DNA of 64,000 nt from Felis catus. Taxonomy: Eukaryota. The stretch covers positions 7,380,001 to 7,444,000 of the forward strand of contig NC_058369.1 in assembly GCF_018350175.1 (NCBI RefSeq). Reading direction: 5' to 3'. This document shows positions 25,933-38,200 of this stretch, piece after piece (within the stretch, counting starts at the first letter, position 1; every line of letters begins with the position of its first letter). The notes under the pieces are model-generated. The model searched no databases and was not told the origin of the DNA. It was given only the letters and a program-made list of their open reading frames with translations. The translations under genes and the position numbers were made by a program.

Positions 25933-26168
25933 GGGGCGCCTGGGTGGCGCAGTCGGTTAAGCGTCCGACTTCAGCCAGGTCACGATCTCGCGGTCCGTGA
26001 GTTTGAGCCCCGCGTCGGGCTCTGGGCTGATGGCTCGGAGCCTGGAGCCTGTTTCCGATTCTGTGTCTCCCTCTCTCTCTGCCCCTCCCCCGTTCATGCT
26101 CTGTCTCTCTCTGTCCCCCAAAAAATAAATAAACGTTGAAAAAAAAAATTTTTAAAAAAAAAAAAAAG
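25933..26168 (+). mobile_element. Young feline-type CanSINE with target-site duplication
   Basis: Same diagnostic variant as 19424, near consensus. [17 protein letters not shown] on both sides. Confidence 0.9.
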
Positions 26169-26819
26169 AAAGAGGGAGAAAAGGCAGGGTGGGGTGCCTG
26201 GGTGGCTCAGTTGGTTAAGCATCCAACTTTGGCTCAGGTCATGATCTCACAGTTCATGAGTTCATACTCCTCCCTTGCGTTCTCTCTCTCTCTCAAAATA
26301 AACATTAAAAAAAATGGTTTTTAATGTCTTTGATTTTTCTCCAAACTCCCAATAGTAGACAAAATTCTAGAAGGCTACCTCAAACTTCTCACAGTGATTT
26401 CCTCTGGGGCCTGGGATTAGAAAGAGGTACCCTTTCTGTACTGTTAAAATTCTTCACAGGCATATATTATTTGTTATATCAGAAAAAATTATTTTAACAA
26501 GATATATGTGCTTTAACACAAATATCCATCAAAGGTGAATGGGTAACAAATTATGCTATTATAGTCACATGATGGAATACTACTCAGGAACAAAGTTTTG
26601 ATTCCTACAAGAGCTTGGATAAATCCTAAAATCATCATAATGAGTAAAAGACAAGATACACATGTGTCAAAACTGATCAAATTATGCACCTAAATATGTG
26701 CTGCTTATTGCTATGAATTATACCTCAGTAGAGCTACACAAAAATTTATATGTCTAGTCTTTGTTCCCTGATGGGGCACAACTGTTGGGCCAGGCTTTTA
26801 GAACTGCTACCTATCAGCT

Positions 26820-27025
26820 AGGCAGTTTTGCCTAATGGTTAGGACTGTAGGCTAAGATTACTCAGTTCTGCTACTTCTCTAGTTGTGTGACTTTGGGCAA
26901 CTTAACTTCTCTGTGCCTCAGTTTCCTCCTCTGTACCTTCCTCACTGGGCTGCGGGTAAAAGTCCATGCATGAAGGACTGAGCATAGTACCTGATACAAA
27001 ATACACACTCGAGAAATGTTAGTTC
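26820..27025 (+). mobile_element. MIR SINE
   Basis: TGTGTGACTTTGGGCAACTTAACTTCTCTGTGCCTCAGTTTCCTC core. Confidence 0.75.
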
Positions 27026-27055
27026 TTGCGATTGCCCTTTACTTCCAATGGAGGG

Positions 27056-27528
27056 TGTATTCATCCTCTTTTTAATTTTCTATATTTTGTGATGCTTTGA
27101 CACCTTAGGGCCTTGCAAACCTGGCTCAGGACCACCCCTCTGAGGGTTGGGTAATTCCTAGAGATAGGAAACAACTTGCTTTCGAGCACACTTTCATATG
27201 CAAACCAGCCAATCCAACTACCTCTGTTATCTCACCCCTAACACAGCAAGCCAATATTTCCTCTGCCCTAAATCACGCCAGGGCCAAGTAACAGACAACT
27301 AGGAACGGCCTCTAGAGCCTAGAGCCCACCAAAAGTATTCAAAGTAGCCAATTCTAAGCTTGTTCAGCTTGCCTACCCTGCCTCGCCTATTTCTTCCTGC
27401 AAAAACCATAAGAAAGGCTCACGCCTGTGCTTCCCTCCTATTTCTCCCGCCTCCTATGGACCCCATTATGGTTTTTCCCCATAATGGCTCTGTGAGACAT
27501 TCCCTCCTCTTGGGAATCACAAGTACTG
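27056..27528 (+). mobile_element. ERV1 LTR (MER39-like), 3'-truncated
   Basis: GGGCCTTGC...AATTCCTAGAGATAG...AACAACTTGC...TTTCATATGCAAACCAGCCAATCC. Family assignment from recall only. Confidence 0.55.
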
Positions 27529-28696
27529 TACCTTTTAGGAAAGAATCTGCCACCCAAAGCCTTGCTGGTTACGGATAATGCCCCTCCTCATCCTCCAGGC
27601 TTCGACGATGACTTACTAGAGGAATTCAAGTTCATTAAGGTCAAGTTCCTTCCTCCCAACACCACTCCAGTCCTCTAGCCCATGGATCAGCAGGTCGTTG
27701 CGAACTTTAAAAAATCTTTACACTAAAGCACTATTCCAGCAATGCTTCGAGGTGGCCCAAGGAACAAGCCTCACCCTCCAAGAGTTTTGGAAAAATCATT
27801 TCCACATCGTGAACTGCCTCAAGATCATCGACAGAGCCTGGGATGGGATCACCAAGAGAACCCTCAATTCTGCCTGGAGAAAACTGTGGCCTGATTGTGT
27901 TCTTAGATATGACTTAGAGGGGCTTGCTCATGAACTGGAGCCACCGGTGGTCGATGAAATTGTGTCCTTGGGGAAGACCAAGGGGGGGACCGGAGGCGAA
28001 TGAGGATGTCATTCAAGAGCTGGTGGAGGAACATGGCCAGGAGCTGACCACTGATGGCTGATGGATCCGCATTGCAAGCAACAGCAAGAGGTTATGGATG
28101 AGATCTCGTCTGCAGAGGAGGAGGAGGAGGAGGAGGAAAAGGCGGAGGAATCCCTCACCCCCAATGAGATTAGGGAGACGTGTAAAACGTGGGAAACCGT
28201 GCAAGATTTTGTAGAAAAGCACCACCCGAATAAGGCTGTAGCAATTGGAGCGAGGAATCTGCTTAATGACAATGCGATGCCACATCTCGGCGAAATCCTC
28301 AGAAGGAGGCAAAAGCAAGTGTCATTGGCTAAGTTCCTTGTTAAAGTTGCACAAGAAGAAGATTCCATGGAGCCAAGAGCAGTGATTCCATTAGTGATAG
28401 TGAAAGTCGGTCGTCCTACACAATCACCCTCCTCTCTCTTGTCTCCCTCACACCAGCCATGAAGGTTTTCAAAGGTAAGTGCAGGTTAATTTATTTTTTT
28501 ATTTATATTTTGCATTTTCTTTACTATTTTGTATTATATTACAGTATTGTAATCATTTTTATATAAATATTTTTGGGTTGTGGAATGAATCATCTGAGTT
28601 TCCATTCTTCTGGGGAAATTCGCTTTGATATACAAATGCTTTGGATTACAAGCATGTTTCCAGGACAAACTGTGCTCGCAAACCAAGGTTTTACTG
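27529..28696 (+). mobile_element. 5'-truncated Tigger/pogo DNA transposon with transposase pseudogene (DD36D) and right TIR
   Basis: Frame from 27541: KNLPPKALLVTDNAPPHP...KVKFLPPNTTPVL*PMDQQVVANFKK, continued by ORFs 27698..28003 (AWDGITKRTLNSAWRKLWP) and 28061..28462. Ends ...GCTCGCAAACCAAGGTTTTACTG followed by TA. Confidence 0.88.
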
Positions 28697-30329
28697 TAAT
28701 AAAGTTTTCTTCCAAAGACACGTGTCTCCGTGTCCATCGCCGTACGTGATTTTTGAAAAAAGATTTTTTTATGTTTATTTATTTTTGAGAGAAGGAGGCA
28801 GAGCATGAGTGGGGGAGGTGCAGAGAGAGAGGGAGGCCCAGAATCTGAAGCAGGCTCCTGGCTCTGAGCTGTGAGCACGGAGCCCGACGCCGGGTTTGAA
28901 CCCGCGAACCGTGAGATCATGACCTGAGTTGAAGTTGGCCACTCAACTCACTGAGCCACCCGGGCGCCCCCACCATGTGTGATTAAAACAGATCTCAGGT
29001 ACATTTCATAACAGAGGGCATCCTCAAGCCCCTGGCCCCTGGTCACGAAGGCGGTGGTCAGGCTCTGCCATAACCCTACCAGCCCTCCGAGCTAAGCCCA
29101 GAAAGGGGTCACTGCAATCGGGTGAGACCGGGAGAAAGACACCTCTTCAGTACCAGTGCCCCAGCCTGGAACAATCTAGTCCCCCAGGTGCCCTGGCCTG
29201 GAGCTGCCAGATTTGATCAGCACGGGATAGGTAGACACTCACCGTGGCCACACTGGAGGAGCACTCGAACCATAGTCTTCAGATGGCCAGATGGAGAATT
29301 TCTCCTCCACCCCCTAGTGGGAAAGCATGAGAGAGACAGCCAGGTCCTCTGAGAAGTGAGCTTGGAACAAGGAACCAAGGGTATCAGCTCAACCCCATCT
29401 TCTCTTCTGGCTCTGGCCCACCACAGAGCAGGCAGGCTGGGCCAGTGGGCAGGTGGTGATCCTGTCGTGTTCATACACGCCCTCCTCCCCAGCTCGGGTC
29501 AGAAGCGACACTCATCTCCTGATCACTATCGGCCTGCCACCTGCATCTTTCAAGTGGCTCAGACTCAACGGGCAGGAAAAGGAGTTGCTGCTTTCTGACC
29601 CCCTAAAGCCTGTGCCACCTGTGGGGACCCTCCAACCTCACCCCATCAGCTGACTTCGCTTCCTATTGCTCACCTCTTCCTCCCTCAGCCACGCAGATCT
29701 CCTTCCTGATCTTGAAAGAGGTCAAACTCATCCCTATCTCCGCCAGTGTCTTGGCCTTCTTTCTCCCCCCGCACTTCCCAGAGGGGGTTCCTCCTCACCC
29801 CTCAGGCCTCCAAACTTGAGAGGCTTGCCCCACCCACTCCACCAGGCACAGGCACCTCCATCATGTGAGCCTACTTCAAAATCGTCTCAGTCTCAGGGCG
29901 CCCGGGTGGCTCAGTCAGCGAAGCTTCCGACTTCGGCTCAGGTTGTGATCTTGCGGTCTGGGATTTCGGGCCCCACGTCGGGCGCTGTGCCGACAGCTCA
30001 GCTCCAGGCTCCAGGAGCCTGCTTCAAATTCTGTCTCCCTCTCTGCTCCTCATCTGCATCTGTGCCCCTCATCTGCTCACACACTGTCTCTCTCTCTCTC
30101 TCTCTCAAAAATAAATAAACATTAAAAAAATGTTTTTAATTGTCCCAGTCTCTAAGACCATCCCATCAATGTGTTCACCTGGAGGTCGACCCTGCCATCT
30201 GCTCAGGTCTTGTTTTGTTCACTGCTGCGGCCCCAGGGCTTCGACCAGTGCTTGCAAAATAGTGGGCAGGCAAGAAATGTTTGTTGAATGAATAAACCAA
30301 ATGCTTTTGGGAAAAAAAAATTATTTTTC

Positions 30330-30335
30330 TTTAAT
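30330..30335 (-). terminator. FBXL12: Candidate FBXL12 polyadenylation signal (ATTAAA)
   Basis: ATTAAA on the minus strand ~570 nt after the stop, followed by a U-rich tract. Confidence 0.45.
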
Positions 30336-30904
30336 AGCAAAATAATATATATTGTGGAAAAATTTGAAAATATAGAATACCAAAATACCGAAAGTACAAC
30401 TGAGAACCTTCACTGACACTTTCAATCGTCAAAGCAGAAGTCTTCCTGGGCTTTCTCATCGCATCCCTCGTGTATCAATGGCGTGTCAGCATGGGGGTGC
30501 ACATGCATAGATAGTCTTGCCAGGCCTCCTAAAGGGGCCCTGGCCCTCAGCTCCCCCTAACTCTTAACCCCACCCTGCTGTATCCATTCTGTTCCTGAGA
30601 ATGACCCATCGTCGAGGACCTTTTTGGCCCAGGGGCTGGTAAAGAGTAAGGCTTCGCGACATAACCATGAGGTAGCTATGATCTTCCCCACTTCCAGATG
30701 TGGGGATAGGCCCTCCGAGAAGCTGGCTGATGTCACAGAGGCCAAACAACTGGCAAACAGGGATTCCAACTGTCCGGAGGCCCCAAGGCCTTCGTTCTAC
30801 CTTGTGGCTTTGGGCTCTCTCAACCTGGCTACGGGCCCTCTGCAAGGTGCTGTCCAGAGGGTCTGGGGCTCACCCATGAAAGCCAACATGGATGGGTGGT
30901 GCAG

Positions 30905-31726
30905 TCACATCCACCAGTCCATGGACTCTTTGGGGCAGGCCCTGACGATGACCATACAGTGGGGCAGCCCCTTACACAGGATCCTCTCGGCCTCCTGATC
31001 CTCCCACCCCAGCCCCTGCAGCTCAAGGACCCTGAGCTTGGGCATGGCGAGGCAGGAAGAGAGGATTTCAGCCGGGGAAGGCATTTCTGGGGTGATGAGA
31101 GGGCCCAGCAAGCACAGACTCTCCAGGGCTGGCATGCCCTCCAAGACGGACAGGCCGGGGGCAGAGAGGCCCCTCACGGTCAGCCGGATCTTCCGCACAT
31201 CTCGGAGGTGGCGACTGACGGCCAGGAGGGTGCTGTCAGCTGAGAGGGTGCAGCCCAGCACCTCCAGCCTCTGCAGGTAGCCCAGCTCCTGGAGGCCCGC
31301 ATCCAGCCCTGTCTCGGTCACTCGGTAGGTACCGCCCAGCACCAGCGACCGCAGGGCGCGGAAGCGCGTCAGGCCCTGCAGGTGCTCATCACGGAAGGCA
31401 GGGACCCGGTCCAGCACGATGCACTCGAGCAAGGGCAGCACGGTGGGGTCCTGCTCCTTGAGGAGCCAGGCCATGGAGATCTCACAGCTGTGCAGCTCCA
31501 GGGTCCTCAGGGTGCAGGGCAGGCTGGTGATGGGCACCATGCTCAGGTCAGCCACGTGCAGGCAGAGACGCTTCAGGTTAGGGCACTTCTGGCCCAGGGC
31601 CCTCATCAAGGCGGGGGACAGCCGGGGGGCCTGGGAGCCTGAGAACAGGTAGCCGCCCACCCGCAGGGAACGGAGCCGGGATGCCATATAGCGGCGAAGG
31701 AGGTGCCACATGACTTTAGGCCGCAT
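30905..31726 (-). CDS. FBXL12: F-box/LRR-repeat protein 12, coding exon 3 (leucine-rich repeats, stop)
   Basis: 273-aa ORF MRPKVMWHLLRRYMASRLRSL...CPKESMDWWM*, with acceptor AG at 31728-31727. Confidence 0.97.
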   Translation of the reverse strand: MRPKVMWHLLRRYMASRLRSLRVGGYLFSGSQAPRLSPALMRALGQKCPNLKRLCLHVADLSMVPITSLPCTLRTLELHSCEISMAWLLKEQDPTVLPLLECIVLDRVPAFRDEHLQGLTRFRALRSLVLGGTYRVTETGLDAGLQELGYLQRLEVLGCTLSADSTLLAVSRHLRDVRKIRLTVRGLSAPGLSVLEGMPALESLCLLGPLITPEMPSPAEILSSCLAMPKLRVLELQGLGWEDQEAERILCKGLPHCMVIVRACPKESMDWWM

Positions 31727-34092
31727 CTGTAAGAGCCAGAGGCGGGGGTGACAGGGTGAGAGATACGGAGACTATCCCAAGGCCCCTGCCTGCCTGGAGA
31801 CGGACCAGCCCCAGCTGGGGCACTAGTGCTCCCCTGGGCTTCTGCCCGACCCCTGCCAGCCTCACCTCACCGTGCACCTCCCCAGGAGTAACAGGCCAAG
31901 TGAACCCCATCGTTTTGACTTCTAGGTTTGAACAAAAGCACTGAGAGAAAAGGGAAGATCATAACAGATCTGTCTTCAGCAAGAGAGTGGGGTCCTTGTA
32001 AGTAAGAAAGCAGAACAAGTCACCAGCATTTATCCCTTTCTTCGTGGCCACTGCCACTAGGAATAAGCAACACAGAGCCCAACTGAAAAAGGCTACAACT
32101 GTCCAGAGTAAATCAAAGCCATCTTAAAAATAATAATAATAGGGGCATCTAGGTGGCTCAGTCGGTTAAGCGTCCAACTTCAGCTCAGGTCATGATCTCA
32201 CAGTTCGTGAGTTCAAGCCCCACATTGGGCTCTGTGCTGACAGCTTGAAGCCTAGAGCCTGATTCAGATTCTGTGTCTCCCTCTCTCTGCCCCTCCCCTG
32301 CTCTCTCTCTCTCTCAAAAATAAATAAGCATAAAAAAATAATAACAAAAATCACAACCTAGTAACGGTGAAAACTGCAAAACTTAACCCCAGGAAGTTAA
32401 TTACTGCAAAACAAACAAAATGTAAGTGGAAGCACCTTGCATTTCATTGTATGTGCATTTAACCTTTTTTAAAAAAGACGGTAGGGGTGCCTGGGTGGCT
32501 CCATTGAGTGTCCACTTCAGCTCAGGTCATGGTGTCACAGTTCAACGGTTTGAGCCCCACATCAGCCTCTGTGCTGATAGCAAGGATGGAGCCTGCTTTG
32601 GATTCTCTCTCTGCCCCTCCCCTGCTTGCACGCTCTCTCTCAAAAAATAAACATAAAACAAGAAAGAAGAGAGAAAAAAGAAACTGCATAGTGTAAAATT
32701 TGTGCATAGCATAAAACCTGAGGGGCTGTTAGAATATCAGAATCTGGGGCCCCACCCAGCTCACTGAATCAGAATCAGCATTTTATTATTTTCTTAAATT
32801 ATTTTTTAAGATTTTTATTCTTAAGTAATCTCTACACCCAACATGGGGCCTGAACTCACAATCCCGAGATCAAGAGTCACATACTCTACTGAATCAGCCA
32901 GCCAGGTGCCCCAGAATCAGCATTTTAACAAGATCTTCAGGTGATTCATATACACAGTGAAGTTTGACACTATTTTATAACTCTGTTTGTGAGAGTAAAA
33001 AGTTGGAAATAACCTAAAGGTCTGTCAACAGGAAAACAGGTAAACAAATTGTGGTATATTCACTTAACAAGTTGAAAGGAATGAGCTAGATTTACATGTG
33101 TCAAAAGCAATGTTGTGTAAATAAAGCCATCGGTGGATATATAATAAATAGCATTTAATTACCTAGACAGAACAGCATTATTTCAACTTTAGAAACACAT
33201 TAACAAAATTGAATATTGCTTATGGGTAGTCACACAGGAAGTAAATAAAAACATGAAAGGAACACTACAAATCCATTTTATAATAGTGGTTACCTCTGAG
33301 AAGGGTTTCAAAAAATGCAGTGAATACATCTATAAATGATGTATGCATATGCATATACATAAGTCTTTGCAGGTATGTCTCACACGATCTGCAGCAAAAA
33401 TGACCAAAAGTTTGGGGCGCCTGTGTGGCGCAGTCCTTTAAGCATTGGACTCTTGATTTCAGCTTAGGTCATGATCCCACGTTCGTGGGTTTGAGCCCCA
33501 GGTTGGGCTCCACGCTCAGAGTGCAGAGCCTGCTTGGAATTCTCTCTCCCTCTCTCTCCCTCTGCCCTCCCCTGCTCGCTCTGTTCTCTCAAACTAAATA
33601 AACTTAAAAAAAAAGAAAATGACTAAAGGTTAAAATGGGTTAAATCTAGGTGGTAAGTACATAGTTGTTTCAGATTATCCTCTATACATTTCTCTGTATT
33701 GTTGAAATAGTTCATAAGAAAACAAGAAAAATACAATGCAAATGGGAAAACGTGGAAAAGGTTCAGTTGCAATACTCAGTAAATAAATTCTGGAAATTAA
33801 GTTGAATCTGGAGAATGATTTCTCCAGAAAAACTCATCAACGGCTAATGTAATCAAGAGGCATTTGTCATAGGCTCACCGTACGCCGGACACTGCTCTAA
33901 GCTCCCTGAACGATCTTGGCTATCCTCATTTTGGAAATGGGGAAACAGGCCAGGAGGTCACCGAAGGGCAGCTAAGGGACGCTGCCGGGATGCACCCTGG
34001 ACTGCCAAGCTCGAACTCTAGGGTGCAAGGAGCGGTCCTTGCGGCCCAGAGACCCCACCGCGGCCCATGCCCGCCCGGTCGACCCCGTGTAC

Positions 34093-34165
34093 CGTGTACA
34101 GAGTCAGGTCGACGTGTCGCCAGAGCCACCGGTCGTCCACCAGCCTCTTCCAGCGGTGACAAACC
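34093..34165 (-). CDS. FBXL12: FBXL12 coding exon 2
   Basis: cag|G GTT TGT CAC CGC TGG...TAC ACG|gtacac, 73 nt, VCHRWKRLVDDRWLWRHVDLTLYT. Phases fit exons 1 and 3. Confidence 0.95.
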
Positions 34166-34282
34166 CTGGGGGGAGGGGACCCGCCGTTAAAAAACTAACC
34201 GCGGCCCCCCGGGGACCGGATTCGCATCTCCGGGGGCTCCCCCCGCCCGGCTCTTCCCCCCACCCGCGGGGCGGGGCCGCAC

Positions 34283-34368
34283 CTGGAGATGCGAATTCGA
34301 TCCCGGACGGGGAGGTAAGAGAAGATCTCTAACAGGACCGAGTCCGGCAGGTCCGCCAAAGTCGCCAT
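34283..34368 (-). CDS. FBXL12: FBXL12 coding exon 1 (F-box N-terminal part)
   Basis: ATG at 34368, MATLADLPDSVLLEIFSYLPVRDRIRIS(R), donor AG|gtgcgg. 86+73+822 nt gives 326 aa plus stop. Confidence 0.95.
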
Positions 34369-35234
34369 GATCCCGCCGACACGCACTTCCGCTTGTGGCT
34401 GTAAGGGGATTCACGATCTCACCCTCCGGGGGCCAGCAGGCGGCGGGTGGCTGGGGGTGCCGGCAAGGCGGAGGCCGCCGCCTCCAGCAGCCGGCGGAGA
34501 GTTTCAGCTTTTCTCTCGCGGGGACAGGGTTGGGCCCCGGCGACAGACCCGCCCACTATCTGGATGGAGCGCAGGGGACAAGCTGGGAACCAGGCCTGAG
34601 CCCGGAAGGCGTGGCTGAGGCGGTGACGCACCCGGAGGCGGGGTCAGGGGCGGGGACAAGGCTGTGGGCGGGGCTGAGGTTAGGGCAGAGCCCGGAGGCT
34701 TAACGGGGCAGTGACTAGGGACCCGAGAGCAAGCCTGGGGCGGTGACGGGAGACCCAGGGATGAGCTAGGGGCTGGAACTAAACCACGGAGCGGGATTAA
34801 GGGCGGGAACAAGGCTCGAGGCGGGGCTGGGGACTGGGATCCAGCCTGGAAAAAGTGGCTCGGTTGTTGACTGGCGGCCCCGGGTGGGCGTTAAGTGCGG
34901 TGACGGGCCCGGAGCGCGGCGAGTCTTGGGAGCGCCGGGCTTACAGACCCCAAGACCAAGCCCAGAAGGCGCGCTCAAGCATTGGGGCGCCTTGACCGCG
35001 GGGTTGGGGCGGGACGACCAGCGGCTGGCCTAAAGGAGAGCGAAGCCCTAGCTTGTTTTTAAACCTAGTAATGCTTTTTGATGCCTATGAACATGAATAA
35101 ATTTGTAGAACTGAAACAGCTTGTTAAAGGGTGTGTTCAATTTTTCGTTCTGATAGTGCTAAGTTGTTCTCCACAGAGGGGGAGTTGACACTCCCACCAA
35201 CTGTATATCATTCACTTCTAAAACATTCATTTTG

Positions 35235-38200
35235 GGAGCACCTGGGTGACTCAGTAAATGGGCGTCTGACTTCGGCTCAGGTCATGATCTCGCAGTGCGT
35301 GAGTTCAAGCTCCGGGTGGGGCTTTGCGCTGACAGCTCAGGGCCTGGAACCTGCTTCAGATTGTCTCCTCTGCCTCTCTCTCTGCCCTTCCCCCACTCTC
35401 ATTGTCTCTCTCTCAAAAATAAAAACATAATTTTTTTTTTAATTTGTTTTTGAGAGCGTGCTTCTGTGGGGGCGGGGCAGAGAGAGAGAATCTCAAGCAG
35501 GCTCCAAGCCCAGCATGTTGCCCAGATGCCTGGCTTCATCCCACAACGTGAGTTCATGACCTGAGTGGAAATCAAGAGTCAGATGTTTAACCAACTGAGC
35601 TCCCCAGGCGCGCCTAGGATTATGTTTTATTGTTTTTTTTAATTTATTTATTTTGAGAGAGAGAGAGTGCATGCACGTAAGAAAGAGCAGGGGAGAAGCA
35701 GAGAGCAAGGGAGAGAGAGAATCCCAAGCAGGCTCTGTGCTGTCAGAAGAGAGTCCAACACGGGGCTCAATCTCACAAACCTTGAGATCATGAGCTGAGC
35801 CGAAATCAAGAGTCTGATGTTTAACCAACTGAACCACCCAAGTGCCCCCTTTAATACTTTAAGCAATCGCTACACCCAACGTGGGTCCTAAATTTACAAC
35901 CTGGAGATACATTTTAAATTTTGTAATTTTAAGTAGGTTCCATGCCTAACATGGGGCTTGAACTCACGACTCTGAGATCAAGAGTCACATGCTCTACCGA
36001 CTGAGCCATCCAGGTGACCCATATCACGCTTTTTTTTTTTTTTTTAAGATTTTATTTTCAGGTAATCGCTACACCAAACGTGGGACTTGAAACCATAACC
36101 CCGAGATCAAGGGTCACATGCTCCACTGATTGAGCCAGTCAGGTACCCCGTCACTCATTTTTAAACTTTTTTTTGTAACGTTTATTCATTTTTGAGAGAC
36201 AGAGAGAGACACAGTGCCAGTGGAGGAGGAGCAGAGAGAGAGGGGGACACAGAATCTGAAGCAGGTTCCAGGCTCCGAGCTGTCGGCACAGAGTCCACTG
36301 TGGGGCTCGAACTCACGGACCAGACCGCGAGATTATGACCTGAGCCAAAGTCAGATGTTTGACTGAGCGACCCAGGCGCCCCTCACTCATTTTTAAATTA
36401 GCAATTCATAAGGGCAGTGAATTTCATTCAAACATTCCTGTATTGAGGAGTATTCAAGTTGTTCCAGATTTGTTACCACAAACAATATTGGAGCTAGCCG
36501 TTATTTTATATACGTATGTACGTGTACACATATATCCCATGTTTTTATTTTTATTGGATAAATAACCAGGAGCTGGTTTGATGGGTCAAAGGGGCATGTG
36601 AAATTTAATTTTGAGGTTTTGCTAAATCACATCCCCAAGAGCCTATAATGGCAATAAATGTTTTCAATACATACACACAGGTGCAGAAATTGGAGATGTT
36701 GAAAACTGTTTAAAAAAAATTTTTTTAATGTTTGTTTATTTTTGAGAGAAACAGAGACAGAATGCGAGTGGGTTAGGGGCAGAGAGAGGGAGACACAGAA
36801 TCCTAAGCAGGCTGCAGGCTCTGAGCTGTCAGCACAGAGCCCAACACGGGGCTTGAACCCCTGAGCTAAGAGATCATGACCTGAGCTGTGAGATCATGAT
36901 ATGAGCCGCAGTTGGTCACTCGGTCACTCAACCGACTGAGCCACCCAGGCGCCCCATTGAAAACTGTTTTAAAAAGGAATGCATGGGGCACTTAGGTGGT
37001 GAGTCCGTTAAGCACTGACTTCGGCTCAGGTCATATTTTGGTTCATGAGTTCGAGCCCCTTGTCAGGCTCCACTCTGATGGCACCAAGCCTGCTTGGATT
37101 CTCGATCTTTCCTCTCTTTCTCCCTTCCCCTACTCACGCTTTCTCGCTTTCAAAATAAACTTAAAAAAAATTTTTTTTTGAATGCAAAATAGGGGCTCCT
37201 GGCTGGTTCAGTTGGAAGAGCATGTGACTTTCAATCTCAGGGTCTTGAGTTTGAGCCCTAAAATGGGTGTAGAGATTATTAAAAATAAACTCTTTTAATG
37301 TTTATTTTGGGGAAGGCGGAGAGAGTGCACAAGCAGCGTGCGCATCCACAAGCGGGGGAGGCTCAGAGAAAGAGGGAGATAGAGAATCTCAAGTGGGTCT
37401 GTGCTGACAGCAGAGAGCCCTATGTGGGGCTCGAACTCATGAACCATGAGATCAAGACTTGAGCCAAAGTTGGACGCTTAACTGACTGAGCCACCCAGGT
37501 GCCCCTAAATATAAATAACTTTAAAAAATACATAAACATTAAAAAATTTTAAAACATGCAAAACTTATTAAGATGTAAATATTAAATGTGTGCAATTTTG
37601 CCTATCAACTGTACTTCAGTAAAGCTAAAAAATAATACATCTGTATGCTCACACTTATCCATAAATAAATACAAAGTATGGGGCACCTGGGTGGCTCAGT
37701 CGATTGAGCATCTGACTTCGGCTCAGGTCATGATCTCGTGGTCTGTGAGTTCAAGCCCTGCGTCGGGCTCTGTGCTGACAGCTCGGAGCCCGGAGCCTGC
37801 TTCAGATTCTGTGTCTCCCTCTCTCTCTGACCCTCCCCTACTCATGCTCTGTCTCTCTCTCTCTCAAAAATAAACACACACTAAAAAAAATAATAATAAT
37901 AAAAGTAAAACACAATGTTTCCATCTATCAGCTTAAAAAAGATGAAGAAGACAGAAAATACCCACACTGGCCTTGGTGTAAGGAAACGGACTCTTTCAAC
38001 CCTGCAGAAAGGGCAGACTTGATTCAAACTCTCAAAGGCAATTTAGCAATATCAGATTGCAGCCTCTATTGGACTCAACAATCCCATGTCTAGGATCTCA
38101 AATTGCTAAAAAAAAAAAAAAAAAAAAAAAAAGGCAGGTCTTTCAGTGCTATTTGGAACAATCTCCAGGATATTGTTTGCTTTATTTTTTGTAACCTTTT

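Larger units (their letters stand above)
33870..35050 (-). promoter_or_regulatory. FBXL12: FBXL12 CpG-island promoter
   Basis: CpG-dense. GCGGAAGT ETS motif just upstream of the ATG and many GC boxes at 34610-35010. Confidence 0.8.
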
